Of a stretch of 64,000 bases of DNA, positions 53,058 through 64,000 are shown piece after piece. Every line of letters begins with the position of its first letter. The stretch's first letter is position 1. Made by a program: the position numbers and the translations under genes. Source of the DNA: Candidatus Marinacidobacterales bacterium (lineage in GTDB: Bacteria; Acidobacteriota; Vicinamibacteria; Marinacidobacterales; SMYC01); the NCBI GenBank assembly GCA_965237955.1, contig OZ250169.1, positions 3,840,001-3,904,000 on the forward strand, written 5' to 3'. The notes beneath the pieces are model-generated. The model was not told the origin of the DNA, made no database searches, and was given only the letters and a program-made list of their open reading frames with translations.

Positions 53058-54142
53058 GCCTTGGTGCACAACTCCGATAGAGGCCGAGAGCTCGCTTGGC
53101 CCCGACTCCCATCATCCGATCATCTCGCTATCAGGCATCCCGAGCGCCGTCATCGTGTTGAGAATCTTGCACCCGATCCTTGCCTCGACTCTCTGTGCCG
53201 CCAACCCTCTCGCTCGCATCGCTGAGCCCACGATAGCCTTGTAGCGATGGAACGTTGTCTCGACTTTGCTCCGTTTGCTGTAGCCCGATTCTGTGTGCCA
53301 CTTTCGTTTGCCGAGCCGAGCTTGTGCTGCAATGTTGCGATTGCGCTGTCGGCTGCTCGCCGGCCCCGATGCGAGCTGGGCGCCCTTGCGCGGCGGTATC
53401 AGCACCCTCGGCGAGCAATGAGCGCTGTGATTCTCGATTGCCTCATAGACGCCGCCGGCGTCGTATGCGGTGTCAGCTCTGGCCGATGAGATGGGACTGT
53501 CGATCTGTCCGACAAGCGATGCAACCCGCGATGAATCGCGGGCTCTTTTGCTCGTCAGCTCGCCGGCGACGACTTCGCCACTCTGCTCGTCGACACACAG
53601 ATGGAGCTTGCGATAGTCCCTGCTCTTTGGTGCTCTGCGCAGCTGGCCGGCGTGGACAGCGAGACCGCTGCTGTCGATCAAGATGTGCAACGGCGTCTTC
53701 TGCTTGTCTTGGTAGAAGGGGACCTTACCCAGCTTCGCCTTGCGCCTCGAGATCGTGGTGTGATCGGGCACATCATTGTCTAGCTTCATCAGAGCGAACA
53801 ACGATCGCAGCAATCCCTCGCTCTGCCTAGATGACAGATGAAACACCATGCCCAGGGTGACAGCCGTCTCGATGGCGTGGTTCGAGTACTTGCGTTGACG
53901 GCCCGGTTTCCTCCTCCTCGGCCGGGGCGCGTCCCAGTTCACAAGCTTGCCGGCGGTGAGCGAGATCCAGACGGTCAGGCTCCCACGGTTGCGTAGACCC
54001 GCCTCATATTCACGCCAATTCCTCACGCGATAGGCCTTCTTCACATACTTCCGCTGAGTGCGTTTGAAAATGCTCATGGGGAACCTCGAATCCGTGAGTA
54101 AAGGACAATTGTGGACCGAGATCGCGAGTTGTGCACCAAGGC
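53058..54142 (-). mobile_element. IS5-family (IS903 group) element
   Basis: 17-bp perfect IR GCCTTGGTGCACAACTC; no TSD. Confidence 0.9.
53112..54077 (-). CDS. IS5 transposase
   Basis: [44 protein letters not shown]. Confidence 0.9.
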   Translation of the reverse strand: MSIFKRTQRKYVKKAYRVRNWREYEAGLRNRGSLTVWISLTAGKLVNWDAPRPRRRKPGRQRKYSNHAIETAVTLGMVFHLSSRQSEGLLRSLFALMKLDNDVPDHTTISRRKAKLGKVPFYQDKQKTPLHILIDSSGLAVHAGQLRRAPKSRDYRKLHLCVDEQSGEVVAGELTSKRARDSSRVASLVGQIDSPISSARADTAYDAGGVYEAIENHSAHCSPRVLIPPRKGAQLASGPASSRQRNRNIAAQARLGKRKWHTESGYSKRSKVETTFHRYKAIVGSAMRARGLAAQRVEARIGCKILNTMTALGMPDSEMIG

Positions 54143-54927
54143 AGAGTCCAGGCCGACCTCCGACGGCGAAGGACATCCGTGAACTCATTGTGCGCGTGGC
54201 GCGGGAGAACCCGACGTGGGGATATACGCGCCTGCGAGGCGCACTCAAGAACCTAGGACATGAACTCGGACGCAACACTATCAAGAGGATCCTCGCCGAG
54301 CACGGTATCGCGCCTGCGCCGGAGCGGGGCAGGAGCATGTCGTGGAGCACCTTCATCAAGGCTCATTGGGGTGCCATCGCTGCGACAGACCTGTTCACCG
54401 TCGAGGTGGTGAACCCGTTCGGGCTCGTCCGCTACCATGTCCTGTTTGTCATCGATATCGCCACTCGCTGCGTGTGCATCGGTGGGATAACGTCGGACCC
54501 CAACGGGGAGTGGATGAAGCAGGTGGCAAGAAACCTCACTGACATGTGGGATGGTTTCCTCCTTGGCAAGCGATACCTCATCCACGACCGGGACCCGCTA
54601 TTCACCGAGGCGGTACGTGGGCTGTTGAGAGATTCAGGCGTGAAGCCCCTTCGCCTTCCCGCTAATAGTCCGAATCTGAACGCATATGCGGAAAGATTCG
54701 TTCTCTCCATACGTCGAGAGTGTCTCGACCGCTTCGTACCTCTCAGTGAGCGACACCTGCGCACAGCGGTAACCGAATACGTAGTGCACTATCACACAGA
54801 ACGGAACCACCAAGGTCTCGGCAACGAGCTCCTCACACCTCTGCCGGCAAGCGCGAATGACGCTGGCCCCATCGTGTCGCGAGAGCGACTTGGGGGCATT
54901 CTCAACTACTACTGCCGTGACGCGTAG
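54143..54927 (+). pseudogene. Integrase-core (rve) transposase, 5'-truncated
   Basis: [49 protein letters not shown]. Confidence 0.85.
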
Positions 54928-56221
54928 ATGGTCGCCGGCGACGGTAGCCCCTCGGCGGGCTCGACCGGCGTAGCGTGGAAACCGCTTCAGGAACACGCTT
55001 CGATATTCGCTCTCGACTAGGTGGTCATCTGCATGGTGACGACCCGCCCGCCCAAGACGATTGTAAAGCCCACGGCCCTTGGCCCGGTCGCAAACACAGA
55101 CACTAAGTTGCTGATTTATGGCCTATTTCAAAGGGCCGAGTTTTGGCACAGGACGGGGGATCGCTCATCTGGAACCTCGACGGCCTGCCCGTAAAGCAAC
55201 TCAGCGGTGATTTGCCCATCCCTCCGTGGGCGCGCTGCGCCGAGGGCCAGGGAGGCAAAGTTGGCGATTGGCAGACAGGCGGCCCGCAGGTCAGAGTTGA
55301 GTTCGTCTGCTCTGTCTACTGCTGACCAATGACATCCGGCGTCAGGCGGAAAGCACTATCGACGGTCGTGCGCGAATCATAACATCTGAGAGAGGCGACA
55401 TCTGGCCGGCTACGCCGCGGTAGCCTCGGCCTCGATTCTGGGCTTCTCGGGTGGCATCTTTTCCGCTGCCGCACGGCCCGGTCAACGCCTGCACCCCTAT
55501 TTGGCGCCAACTTGGCACTCGAAAATCGAGATTAGAGATGAATACCGGTGCTTGCGCTGTTTGCTGTTGGTGATGTGTCGTATCCCTTTGCAAAAAAAGC
55601 GCTTACGCTCCATTTAGCGCGCGGCGAAGGTCGCGAGCGCTATTTTGTCTGTAATTTAATGCAGCGTAAAGTCTTAGCGTCATCTCACCAACACTTAATG
55701 GCGGAAGCACCCGCAACAGCACCCAAAACTCGCGGTCGACATTCGAGAGCCGCAGCCGTTTCACCGAACGGCGGAGCACGGCGAGCTACTGGCGAAAAGC
55801 GACATTCTCGAGAGCCAGCTCGCGACGAGCCTTGAAGGCAGAGACGAGCGCGCGAACAAACGACGAAATCATGCCGGCATGGTCCCGGCAGACCGGAGAC
55901 TAATCAAGTTCGGTGCGCGCGGATGAATAAATAGAAGGCACAGCCATGACGGGACAGCATCGACCCGACTGAGATATCGGCTTGGAACTCGTGGCGGACG
56001 CCGCCACGTCGATGATGGTCTTTCTCTCTGGCGAGCCGAAGGGAAACGATTTGCGTGAAACCGGCTCCACTCCTCCGGCTTCAACCAGCCCTTGTCAGCA
56101 CCGAATGACTGAGATACAACGTGGTACTAACCGTGGGGTCAGGTCATTTGTGTGCCATGGCGGCATTCTTGCACACGTGAGCGTGGTTTGCCTATAGTGC
56201 TGTAGCGTGCTCCATACCGCG

Positions 56222-56354
56222 CTAGTCCCCTGTATCAGAACAAACTAGATAAAGCAGAGCTTGCCGGAACCCTTCTAAGTGCATGAATCTTATGAATATT
56301 ATGGGCTGGCGAAAAGCCTAACTTTGTATAGTAATCAAAGATCCAGGGGACTAG
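56222..56354 (-). mobile_element. 133-bp MITE copy 4 (inverted)
   Basis: Reverse complement of copy 1 with two substitutions. Confidence 0.93.
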
Positions 56355-56369
56355 GAGGAAAACATCTAA

Positions 56370-57086
56370 ATGAGCAAAGATAACTGGAGTGATCTTGCGT
56401 CGGCGCTCAACTCCAAGCTAAAACTGCAAGCCACACCTATTGCCATCACTTTTTCCAACGACTTCCAAGGAGTTCCGCCATTCGAGGGACCGACCCCGGC
56501 GCCGATGCCCGATGGGCGGACTGGCAAGGTCCCTGCGGGCTGCGTTTTCTGGATGAAGGCAACGGACCGTACGTTCAGCACCGTCGCCGAAGATCACGGC
56601 AATTGCAGTGTCGGAAGCTTGACGCACGGCCTCAAGACAATGGACGAAGTAGCCGGCAATAGCGACGTGGCTGCGCTCCTAGATAGCGGATGGGTCACGA
56701 TGGATGTCGTCCCGCAAATCCCGGTGGTTAAGACCAAGTACCGCTACATTACCTATGGACCGCTCGTGGAGAGCTCGGATCCGGACGTGGTCGTCGTTCG
56801 CCTCAACGCAACACAACTTATGGTCCTTCATGACGCAATCCCCGGTCTTCGCTTCGAGGGAAAACCCCAGTGTCACATCGTCGCCATCGCCAAGGAGCAA
56901 GGTGAAATCGCGGCCAGTGTCGGGTGCATGCTAAGCCGGATCCGTACAGGGATGTCACCCAGCGAAGTGACGTGCGCGATCCCGGCCTCCAAGCTGGGCG
57001 ACGTCATCGAGGCGCTCGATTCCACTTGCGTGGCGGACGGCAAGGTGGCGACGTACGCTGCAGAAGATGGAAAGCGATTCGCCTAG
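56370..57086 (+). CDS. DUF169-like Cys-rich protein
   Basis: GCVFW, NCSVG, YGPL..PDVVVV, PQCH, SVGC.LSR. Confidence 0.65.
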   Translation: MSKDNWSDLASALNSKLKLQATPIAITFSNDFQGVPPFEGPTPAPMPDGRTGKVPAGCVFWMKATDRTFSTVAEDHGNCSVGSLTHGLKTMDEVAGNSDVAALLDSGWVTMDVVPQIPVVKTKYRYITYGPLVESSDPDVVVVRLNATQLMVLHDAIPGLRFEGKPQCHIVAIAKEQGEIAASVGCMLSRIRTGMSPSEVTCAIPASKLGDVIEALDSTCVADGKVATYAAEDGKRFA

Positions 57087-57292
57087 GACCCTAAGTCGGT
57101 CAAACCCCGTGAGGTCAAAATACTCATGTGCGTCGTGTCCAAAAATACAAACGAACTCAAGACCGGCTTGCCGGGACGTTTCGGAATAGACGTGTCTACG
57201 CTTGGTTCGCAGCACTTGAATGACCGGGTTGATTTCTCCGGGATTGCAGGCTAGCGTAATCTCTAAACAGACAGCGAGGAGAGGAGAGACAA

Positions 57293-57814
57293 ATGCAGCC
57301 ACTTTACGATCCCGAGGGTGTTCGGCCCATGTGGGAGGAGCTTGCCCAATGCGGGGTCGAGCCCGTGCAAACAAGAGAGAACGTCGACGAGGCCTTGAAG
57401 AGGCCTGGGACAACGCTCGTGGTGGTGAACTCGGTTTGTGGATGTGCTGCCGGCTCGGCACGCCCGGGTGTGACTCGCGCCCTGCAACACAGCACAATTC
57501 CCGATCACCTCACGACGGTCTTCGCCGGCGTGGACCGTGAGGCCACGGAGCGCGCCAGAGAGCACATGGTCGGCGTTGCTCCGAGCTCACCTTCGGTGGC
57601 CCTTTTCAAAGACGGCGAGCTCGTGCACATGCTTGAGCGACGGCATATAGAGATGATGAACGACGAGATGGTGGCGCAGAACCTGACCGAGGCTTTCGAC
57701 AAGTACTGCTCTCGACAGGGACCGTCCGTCCTCAGAGAAGAGTACGAGAAGGTGGTGCACGCCCGGCAGTGTGGCTCCTCGGTGCCGCTGTTCGATCCCC
57801 TCTCAAACCACTAG
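57293..57814 (+). CDS. BrxA/BrxB bacilliredoxin (YphP/YqiW family)
   Basis: VNSVCGCAAGSARP, TVFAGVDREAT, PSSPS.ALFKDG, RRHIE. Confidence 0.88.
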   Translation: MQPLYDPEGVRPMWEELAQCGVEPVQTRENVDEALKRPGTTLVVVNSVCGCAAGSARPGVTRALQHSTIPDHLTTVFAGVDREATERAREHMVGVAPSSPSVALFKDGELVHMLERRHIEMMNDEMVAQNLTEAFDKYCSRQGPSVLREEYEKVVHARQCGSSVPLFDPLSNH

Positions 57815-57849
57815 CAGGCGCTCTTCTCCCAGGCAAAGTCCAGTCCAGT

Positions 57850-58021
57850 TCCAAGGGCGCTTGAACCCAGGGAGCGTTGTTCTCTCTCAAGCTGGCCTCG
57901 GATGGTCTTGCAGACTCTAACCAGCTTGTCAAAGACGTCCAGTCCGAAGGGCCGGAAGGCGACATCTGTCTTTTCCGTGAGGTAAACGGCGGCGCACTGG
58001 CTGTCGAACACGCTCACGCGG
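57850..58021 (-). pseudogene. AAA/ABC-type ATPase internal fragment
   Basis: VSVFDSQCAAVYL..VAFRPFGLDVFDKL. Confidence 0.5.
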
Positions 58022-58433
58022 TGCGTATTCCAGCCATCGTGAACGCCGAATCCAGAGCAAGCTGAACAGCGAATCCGGTGAAGCCGAACGCTCATCGAAG
58101 CGATGAAGTGTTGGGTGACCTCCTTCCCACTGATTGAAAACGTGAACCTATCTTACCTGCGTGTTGTGTAGCAAGGGGCGGCAGGTCGGTGCCGGAGGGA
58201 GCGGGCGTAAGGAAAGACGCGAAGCGACCTTCCCGCTCCCGTAGGCAGCGACCTGCCGCGGCCGAACCCCGGGCGATGTGGGGCTGGTTTCGGGGGGTTG
58301 CTGGGGTATGGCCTGGCTCGAGAAGACGCTTCCTGAGGCATTCTCGCGCGTCGTTTTGGCGCCGCATCGTCTGGCCCCGGGTTTGGCGGTTTCACCCGTT
58401 TTTATCGCATCGACGCTGTGGTCCCTCGCTCGC

Positions 58434-59192
58434 TCATGCATCGGCGTTGTCAAATGCCTTTGGCGCAGCCTTGGTCTTTCTCAGAGAAGCTCCTTTGAGA
58501 GTGATGCGGTGCGCGCTGTGGAGAATGCGATCGCAGATAGCGTCTGCCTGGTTTGGGTCGCCAATCGCTTCGTGCCACTGCTTGAGCGGAATCTGGGTCG
58601 CGATGAGTGTGGAGCCACGCTCGGCGCGGTCTTCGATGACCTCCATTAGATCCCGTCTCTCCGATTCTTTCAGCGGGTGAAGCAGCCAATCATCGATAGC
58701 CAGTAAGTCCAGCTTGGCGAGTTTCGTCAAAAGCCGGGCGTAGGAACCATCACCACGAGCGACCGCGAGCTCGTGGAGCAAGCGCGGTGCTCGCACGTAG
58801 CATCCGGTGAAGCCGCGACGACAGGCCCGCTCCACGAAGGCGCAAGCCAAGAACGATTTGCCAATCCCCGTCGGGCCGGTGATGAGCAGGTTATGGCGCT
58901 CACCGACAAAGCGGCAGTTGCCCAGGCTCAAGATCTGTTCGCGGTTTAAGCCTCGAGGCGCTTGGAAGTTCACGTTCTCCAAACATGCCGGATAGCGGAG
59001 CTTTGCCGCTCGCAGTCGTCGAGAAAGCTTACGCTGTTCGCGGGCGGTCCACTCGGCATCGACCAGGAGTCCCACACGTTCCTCGAAGCTCAGCTCCTTG
59101 TATTCGCTCGAGCTCAACTGGGTTTCGAACGCGGACACCAAGCCGAACAACTTCATGGCGTTCATCTTTTCTATCGTTTCGGGTGTCAGCAT
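58434..59192 (-). CDS. istB: IS21 helper ATPase
   Basis: Same as copy 1. Confidence 0.93.
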   Translation of the reverse strand: MLTPETIEKMNAMKLFGLVSAFETQLSSSEYKELSFEERVGLLVDAEWTAREQRKLSRRLRAAKLRYPACLENVNFQAPRGLNREQILSLGNCRFVGERHNLLITGPTGIGKSFLACAFVERACRRGFTGCYVRAPRLLHELAVARGDGSYARLLTKLAKLDLLAIDDWLLHPLKESERRDLMEVIEDRAERGSTLIATQIPLKQWHEAIGDPNQADAICDRILHSAHRITLKGASLRKTKAAPKAFDNADA

Positions 59193-60742
59193 CGGGACTC
59201 TCCTCCTTCGTAGTGATCCGCGCCTCGGATGTTCTCGTGCTCCTCTCGCGGTTTCGCTTCGGCGTCCGATTCGAGCACCACACGATCCAGACCAGCCGAG
59301 AGAATGTTTTTCACCGTGCGATAGCTGTAAGAGCTCAAAGCTTCCGCTCGTGCGCAAGCGGCCTCGAGACGCTCACTGCCCCAGCGGCTGCCTAGTCGCA
59401 TGACTCCCAGGCAAGAGCGAAATCCCTGCTCCGGGTGAGGCCGACTCTCTAGAATCCCCGCAACCAGCCTTCCCGTGGCGCGACCTGACTGCTCCGCCCA
59501 GTGGAGCAGCCGCGACGGCGTCCACTCCAGGTGCTCCCGATGCGAACGTGGCATATGCTCCGGGTTCGTGGAGTAGTGCCCCTTTCCTTTCTTGCGGGGA
59601 TGCGACGCGACGCGCTTTCCCTTGAACAGGACCTCCACCACCGAGGCCGTCACCCGTGCCTCGACTTTCTCGTGAATGAGCTGATAGGGAACGCTGTACA
59701 AGTTGTTCTCCACCTCCACGTGGTAGTCGATGTTCACTCTGCACCGCTTCCACGTCGATAACTCGTAGCTCTCCTGCGGTAGCGGTTTCAGTACGGGCCG
59801 GTCTAGCCTTTCGTACAACTCCCGCCGACTCACACCGAGCTTCTGCATCGGACGCGCATTCAGGACCTCTAACTTCTCCCAGATGGCTTCGTTCAGTTCC
59901 GCCAGGCTGAAGAACGTGCGATGACGAAGCACCGCCAGGATCCAGCGCTGCGCCACCTGCACTGCCGACTCCACCTTCGCTTTGTCTTTCGGCTTGAACA
60001 CCCGAGCCGGGACCACAACCGCACCGTAATGCGTCGCCAGCTCTTCGTACGTCCGGTTGATCCCTGGCTCGTAACGGTCCACCAAATCCACGCCGCTCTT
60101 CAAGTTGTCCGGAACCCAGATCTCCGTACTGCCACCGAAGTAATCCGACATCCCCTTATGGGCCTTCGCCCACGATTCCAGCGACTGGTTCAGTGTCGCT
60201 TCGACGTAGGTGTAACTGCTCGCGCCCAACGTCCCGACGAACAGCTCCATTTCGACGAGCTCTCCCGTTTTCGGATCGACGATGTGAGGCTTCTTCCCCG
60301 AAAAATCGACGAATGTCTTCTCGCCTGCTCGATGCCGTTGACGCATCGTCGGGTTCAGCTTCTTCTTCCACTGACCGTACAGCTCGCAATAACGGCTGTA
60401 GCCGTACGCTCCCGGCTTATTCTCCGCGTACTCCACCCACAGCTGCAGCAACGTCAGCTCTCGGTGACGCCTCAGCTCCTCGTGGATGTGGGCATAGTCC
60501 AGACCCGGCCGTGCGCCAGACGAGCCCGGCGGCGGAAACAGCCCTGCCTCCAGCTCCCCGTCGCTCAGCTCCTCCGGGAGCGGCCAGCTCAGACCACCCT
60601 TCTTCGCCTTGGCCAGGTACTCACTCACCGTTCCAACCGCCACGCGAAGTGCCTTTGCGATCATGCGGTGAGTAAAACCCAGCTCGTACTTTAACCTTAG
60701 AACCTCTCGTATTTTTCTCATCGATAACCTCTTAGCTGCCAT
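59186..60742 (-). CDS. istA: IS21 transposase
   Basis: One residue difference from copy 1 (E>D). Confidence 0.95.
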   Translation of the reverse strand: MAAKRLSMRKIREVLRLKYELGFTHRMIAKALRVAVGTVSEYLAKAKKGGLSWPLPEELSDGELEAGLFPPPGSSGARPGLDYAHIHEELRRHRELTLLQLWVEYAENKPGAYGYSRYCELYGQWKKKLNPTMRQRHRAGEKTFVDFSGKKPHIVDPKTGELVEMELFVGTLGASSYTYVEATLNQSLESWAKAHKGMSDYFGGSTEIWVPDNLKSGVDLVDRYEPGINRTYEELATHYGAVVVPARVFKPKDKAKVESAVQVAQRWILAVLRHRTFFSLAELNEAIWEKLEVLNARPMQKLGVSRRELYERLDRPVLKPLPQESYELSTWKRCRVNIDYHVEVENNLYSVPYQLIHEKVEARVTASVVEVLFKGKRVASHPRKKGKGHYSTNPEHMPRSHREHLEWTPSRLLHWAEQSGRATGRLVAGILESRPHPEQGFRSCLGVMRLGSRWGSERLEAACARAEALSSYSYRTVKNILSAGLDRVVLESDAEAKPREEHENIRGADHYEGGESRC

Positions 60743-61502
60743 TTCCTAGATCGTCCTCCTTCCGGGTACGACCTAGAGTTGCCTTGAAACGTGCTATCGA
60801 TGAGCGTTCGCGATGCCGGAACCGGCGTTCACGTTGCCTGGAATCCGTGTTCACCTTCCCCGGAATCGATGTTCACGATCCCCGGAATCCGTGTTCACGA
60901 TGCTTTGGAATGGATGTTCACCTTCGGCTGGAATCTGCGTTCACGATGCCCCGGAATACGCAGCCGCGGAGCAAAGAGCGTCTTACGCCCGCGAAACTTT
61001 CGGTAAACAGGGAGCACTTGTTTATGGAGAGCATTTAGGACCTCGGGCTCAACGCCGCTGGCTGCTTCAAGGAATCTGCGACGCGCGAATAGGAGGTTCT
61101 TCTTTGTTATGGTAGTAATCTCCACGCGCCACATTGGGTAGGTAGTTGCTGCTTATTGCCCCGTTTGTGTGCCGATTGTGTGCCAAGTCAGCCTCGCTTA
61201 CCGAAACTCAAACTATCTCATCAATAGTACTCCAAGGCTGAAGATGATGCCTGACAATGTGTTACGGCACTCAGGCCAACTCGGACGAACTCAGGGGGCA
61301 AGCTGTAAGGGATTCGTAATCAGCATGCCACTCAAGTGGCCAACGTCCAGGGGTGTTAGCGGCGGGCGTAAATTGCACACTTATGGCGGACGAAAATTGC
61401 ACACTCGGCCATCCGTAAAAGGAGGCCGTTGTCGTGTGTCTGGAGTGCCAGACATGACGGCGCGCCTTCAATCAGAATGGCGTTTCCGGAGTGGAGGCGC
61501 CG

Positions 61503-62547
61503 ATGTACGGAAGGGAGAAACGAGTGTTACTACGAGAGTATTTGGAGCAGGGAATCAAGAAGGTCGGCGCTAGCAGACAAGCTAGGAATCAGCCGCCGAA
61601 CGGTCCACCACTGGATAAAGACGGGTCAACTGGACCGAGAGTTGGACGAGGAAACGGTGCGCTACAAGAAGCGTCCGCGGATCGAGCGCAGGATCGACCC
61701 GTACCGGGAGATCCTTCATTCGCGCCTGCACGAGTTCCCGGAGCTGAGTTCAGTACGCCTGCATGATGAGATCCGTGCCGCGGGCTATGAAGGCGGCTAC
61801 ACGCAGGTCAAGGAGTACGTGCGGCAGATTCGCCCACAGCCACCGGCGGAGCCGCTGGTGCGTTTCGAGACCCCACCAGGCCACCAAGCTCAGGTCGATT
61901 TTGCACACTTTCGTTTGCCATGGGGTCGTCGGTGGGCACTTCTCGTGGTGCTCGGATACTCGAGGCTGCTATGGCTTCGGTTTTTCAAGCGACAGGACAT
62001 GCGGACGTTGTTCGCGGGGCTTGAGCAGGCCTTCCTATTTTTTGGAGGAGTTCCCAAAGAGCTCCTTTTTGACCAGATGCGTTCGGTCATCGTCGAGGAT
62101 CACCGCCGGGAAGGTGGCCCTCTCGTTGAGAACCCAGAGTTCGTCCGCTTCGCCCACCACTGGGAGTTTCGAACAAGAGCGTGTCGCCCGTATCGGGCGA
62201 AGACCAAGGGCAAAGTGGAAAGGCCAATCCGCTATGTGAGAGGAAGCTTCTTCTACGGTCGCCACTTTATCAACGATGACGACCTCGATGCTCAGCTCGA
62301 GCGTTGGCTGAGTGACGTCGCCAACGTCCGACTCCATCGCACAACCAACGAACGACCGATAGAACGATTCGCGCGCGATGAAAGGGCCACTCTGAGACCG
62401 CTCGTTGAGCGGCCATATCGCTCTCTTGTACTGCCAAACCAACCCGCGAGAAGAACTCCAAAAGCCTGCTTAACCACACTGCCTTCGATGGATGTCGAGC
62501 ATCGTCCCCTCGAAGTCTACACGCGGCTCGTTGGAGGTGGACAATGA
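61503..62547 (+). pseudogene. istA: IS21 transposase, frameshift near 61560
   Basis: RFETPPGHQAQVDF, LGYSR, FDQM, CRPYRAKTKGKVER. Confidence 0.85.
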
Positions 62548-62630
62548 AGGCGAGCACAATATCGCGACGTGAGCAGATCCGTACGATGCTGGCCGACCTA
62601 AAGATGCCTGGCGCGCTCGAAGCTGTCCGG
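62544..62630 (+). pseudogene. istB: istB N-terminal fragment
   Basis: REQIRTMLADLKMPGALEAV, then lost. Confidence 0.7.
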
Positions 62631-63065
62631 CTAAATCTCATAGGAAATACACGGAGGCGACGGCGTCATAGGGTTCGCCACCCATGGCTCGGGGTCTACT
62701 CCCATGAATGCGCAGTTTTCGGCCGGCGTTGACAAGGGGGAGCGCGTCTCCAAAACGTCTCCAAAACTGGGGAGGACTCCAGAGGACTCAGGAGGACTGG
62801 AGAGGACTCGGTTTGGTGCTGAAGGCCTTGACGCTGAACCACTTAGTGACGAAAGTCGCGCGCCATCAGTTAGTTGAGAAATCAGCCGCATCGGGGTCTA
62901 CTCCCACCACGTCAACACCGACACCGTTGCCCGGTGGAATCGGGATCGATTCCGACGGTACCTGGACTCGGATCTCCCGCAGGCGCTTTCCAGGCCGGCC
63001 GCGGATTGATGCCGAGATTCGTCGGCTCATCCGGGATGTCACTGGGCGTGCCATGTGTTTCCCCA

Positions 63066-64000
63066 TTACCCAATGTTCCCCAAATCCAACTGCTTCGCGG
63101 CGTAATCGCACGCGCGCGCGGTGAGCGCCATGTAAGTGATGGACGGGTTCACGCACGCGGACGACGTCATGCACGCGCCATCGGTAACGAAGAGGTTCGG
63201 CACATCGTGCGCTTGATTGTGGCCGTTGAGCACCGACGTCTTCGGATCCCGTCCCATCCGTGCCGTTCCCATCTCGTGGATGACGAGCCCGGGCGTGTTG
63301 TCCTCAACGAAAGTCTCGATATCGGTCGCACCGGAAGCGTCCAGCACTTCGGCGGCGGACTTGGCCGCGTCTTTCATGAGCGCGCGCTCGTTCTCACCGT
63401 AAGTCATGTGGACCCGGATCGCGGGAACACCCCACTTGTCTTTGACCTCAGGATCGATCTCGACGTAGTTGCCCGCGCTCGGCAGGCACTCACCAAAACC
63501 AAGGAGGGTCAGCTTCCACGGTCCGTAGTCACGGAGCGCGTGTTTGAAGTCGGCGCCGAAGCCGGGCGTGTCGAGACCGTGCTCCCAGCGCTCGCGCGAG
63601 CCACGGCCCTGGTAGCCGTAGCCACGGAGAAACCCAGGGCTCTGGCTCTCGACGTTTTTGAATCGCGGGACGTAGATACCGTTCGGACGGCGTCCGTAGT
63701 ACGTCTTGTCTTCGTTGCCGGGAATAGTCCCCAAGGCGCCGCCGCCCATGACGTGATCCATCAAGTTCCGGCCCACCTCGCCCGACGAGTTGCCGAGGCC
63801 GTCGGAAAAACGCGCCGTCTTCGAGTTGAGCAGAATGCGCGCCGACTCTATCGCGGAGGCACAGAGAAAAACGACTTTCCCATAGACCTCGAAACTCTCG
63901 TGCGTCACGGCATCGATGACGCGGAACCCCTTGGCGCGATCGTTCACTTCGTCATAAATCACGCTGTGCACGACGCTATAGGGACGTAGCGTCAACCGTC
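63066..64000 (-). CDS. GMC oxidoreductase, C-terminal part (continues beyond window)
   Basis: LCASAIES.RILLNS, GRNLMDH, HEMGTARMG, NLFVTDGA, NPSITYMAL. Confidence 0.9.
   Translation of the reverse strand, partial: RLTLRPYSVVHSVIYDEVNDRAKGFRVIDAVTHESFEVYGKVVFLCASAIESARILLNSKTARFSDGLGNSSGEVGRNLMDHVMGGGALGTIPGNEDKTYYGRRPNGIYVPRFKNVESQSPGFLRGYGYQGRGSRERWEHGLDTPGFGADFKHALRDYGPWKLTLLGFGECLPSAGNYVEIDPEVKDKWGVPAIRVHMTYGENERALMKDAAKSAAEVLDASGATDIETFVEDNTPGLVIHEMGTARMGRDPKTSVLNGHNQAHDVPNLFVTDGACMTSSACVNPSITYMALTARACDYAAKQLDLGNIG

Larger units (their letters stand above)
58022..60962 (-). mobile_element. IS21-family IS copy 2 (2941 bp)
   Basis: Near-identical to copy 1; no clean TSD (CACGCGG / GCCGCGG). 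Confidence 0.95.
61354..62630 (+). mobile_element. Second IS21-family element, right-truncated
   Basis: TGTTAGCGGCGG end with repeated AAATTGCACACT; istA then truncated istB. Confidence 0.82.

Noticed and set aside
53112-54359. 415-aa IS5 ORF with extended N-terminus
   Set aside because: The extension crosses the IR at 54142 into the neighbouring integrase gene; likely start is 54077.

Overview
GC-rich bacterial accessory region, densely scarred by insertion sequences and gene decay. 1-15 kb is a defence island: an intact Nmad2-Nmad3 pair, DUF429 and HNH nucleases, a MITE-split LEM-3-like GIY-YIG gene, and a type I RM operon (hsdM-hsdS-[SIR2 protein]-hsdR) with single-base frameshifts. 15-33 kb holds ISL3, IS630 split by IS21, ISNCY, an ISAzo13 derivative with 119-bp inverted ends, and many toxin-antitoxin modules (MNT-HEPN, two DUF433-DUF5615 pairs, Fic, two AbiE loci, one unnamed two-gene pair). 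33-51 kb is mostly intact metabolic/secreted genes (beta-propellers, SDR, MmgE/PrpD, TctABC, PQQ dehydrogenase, acetamidase) plus an IS110 with a structured leader. 51-64 kb is a patchwork of fragments, IS5, IS21 copies, DUF169-bacilliredoxin and a partial GMC oxidoreductase. A 133-bp IS630-type MITE occurs four times. No rRNA, tRNA or CRISPR array was seen. Best candidates for undescribed systems: the SIR2 gene embedded in the type I RM operon, the stand-alone Nmad2-Nmad3 pair and the small gene pair at 22355-22831. All family assignments come from recognised motifs, not database searches.
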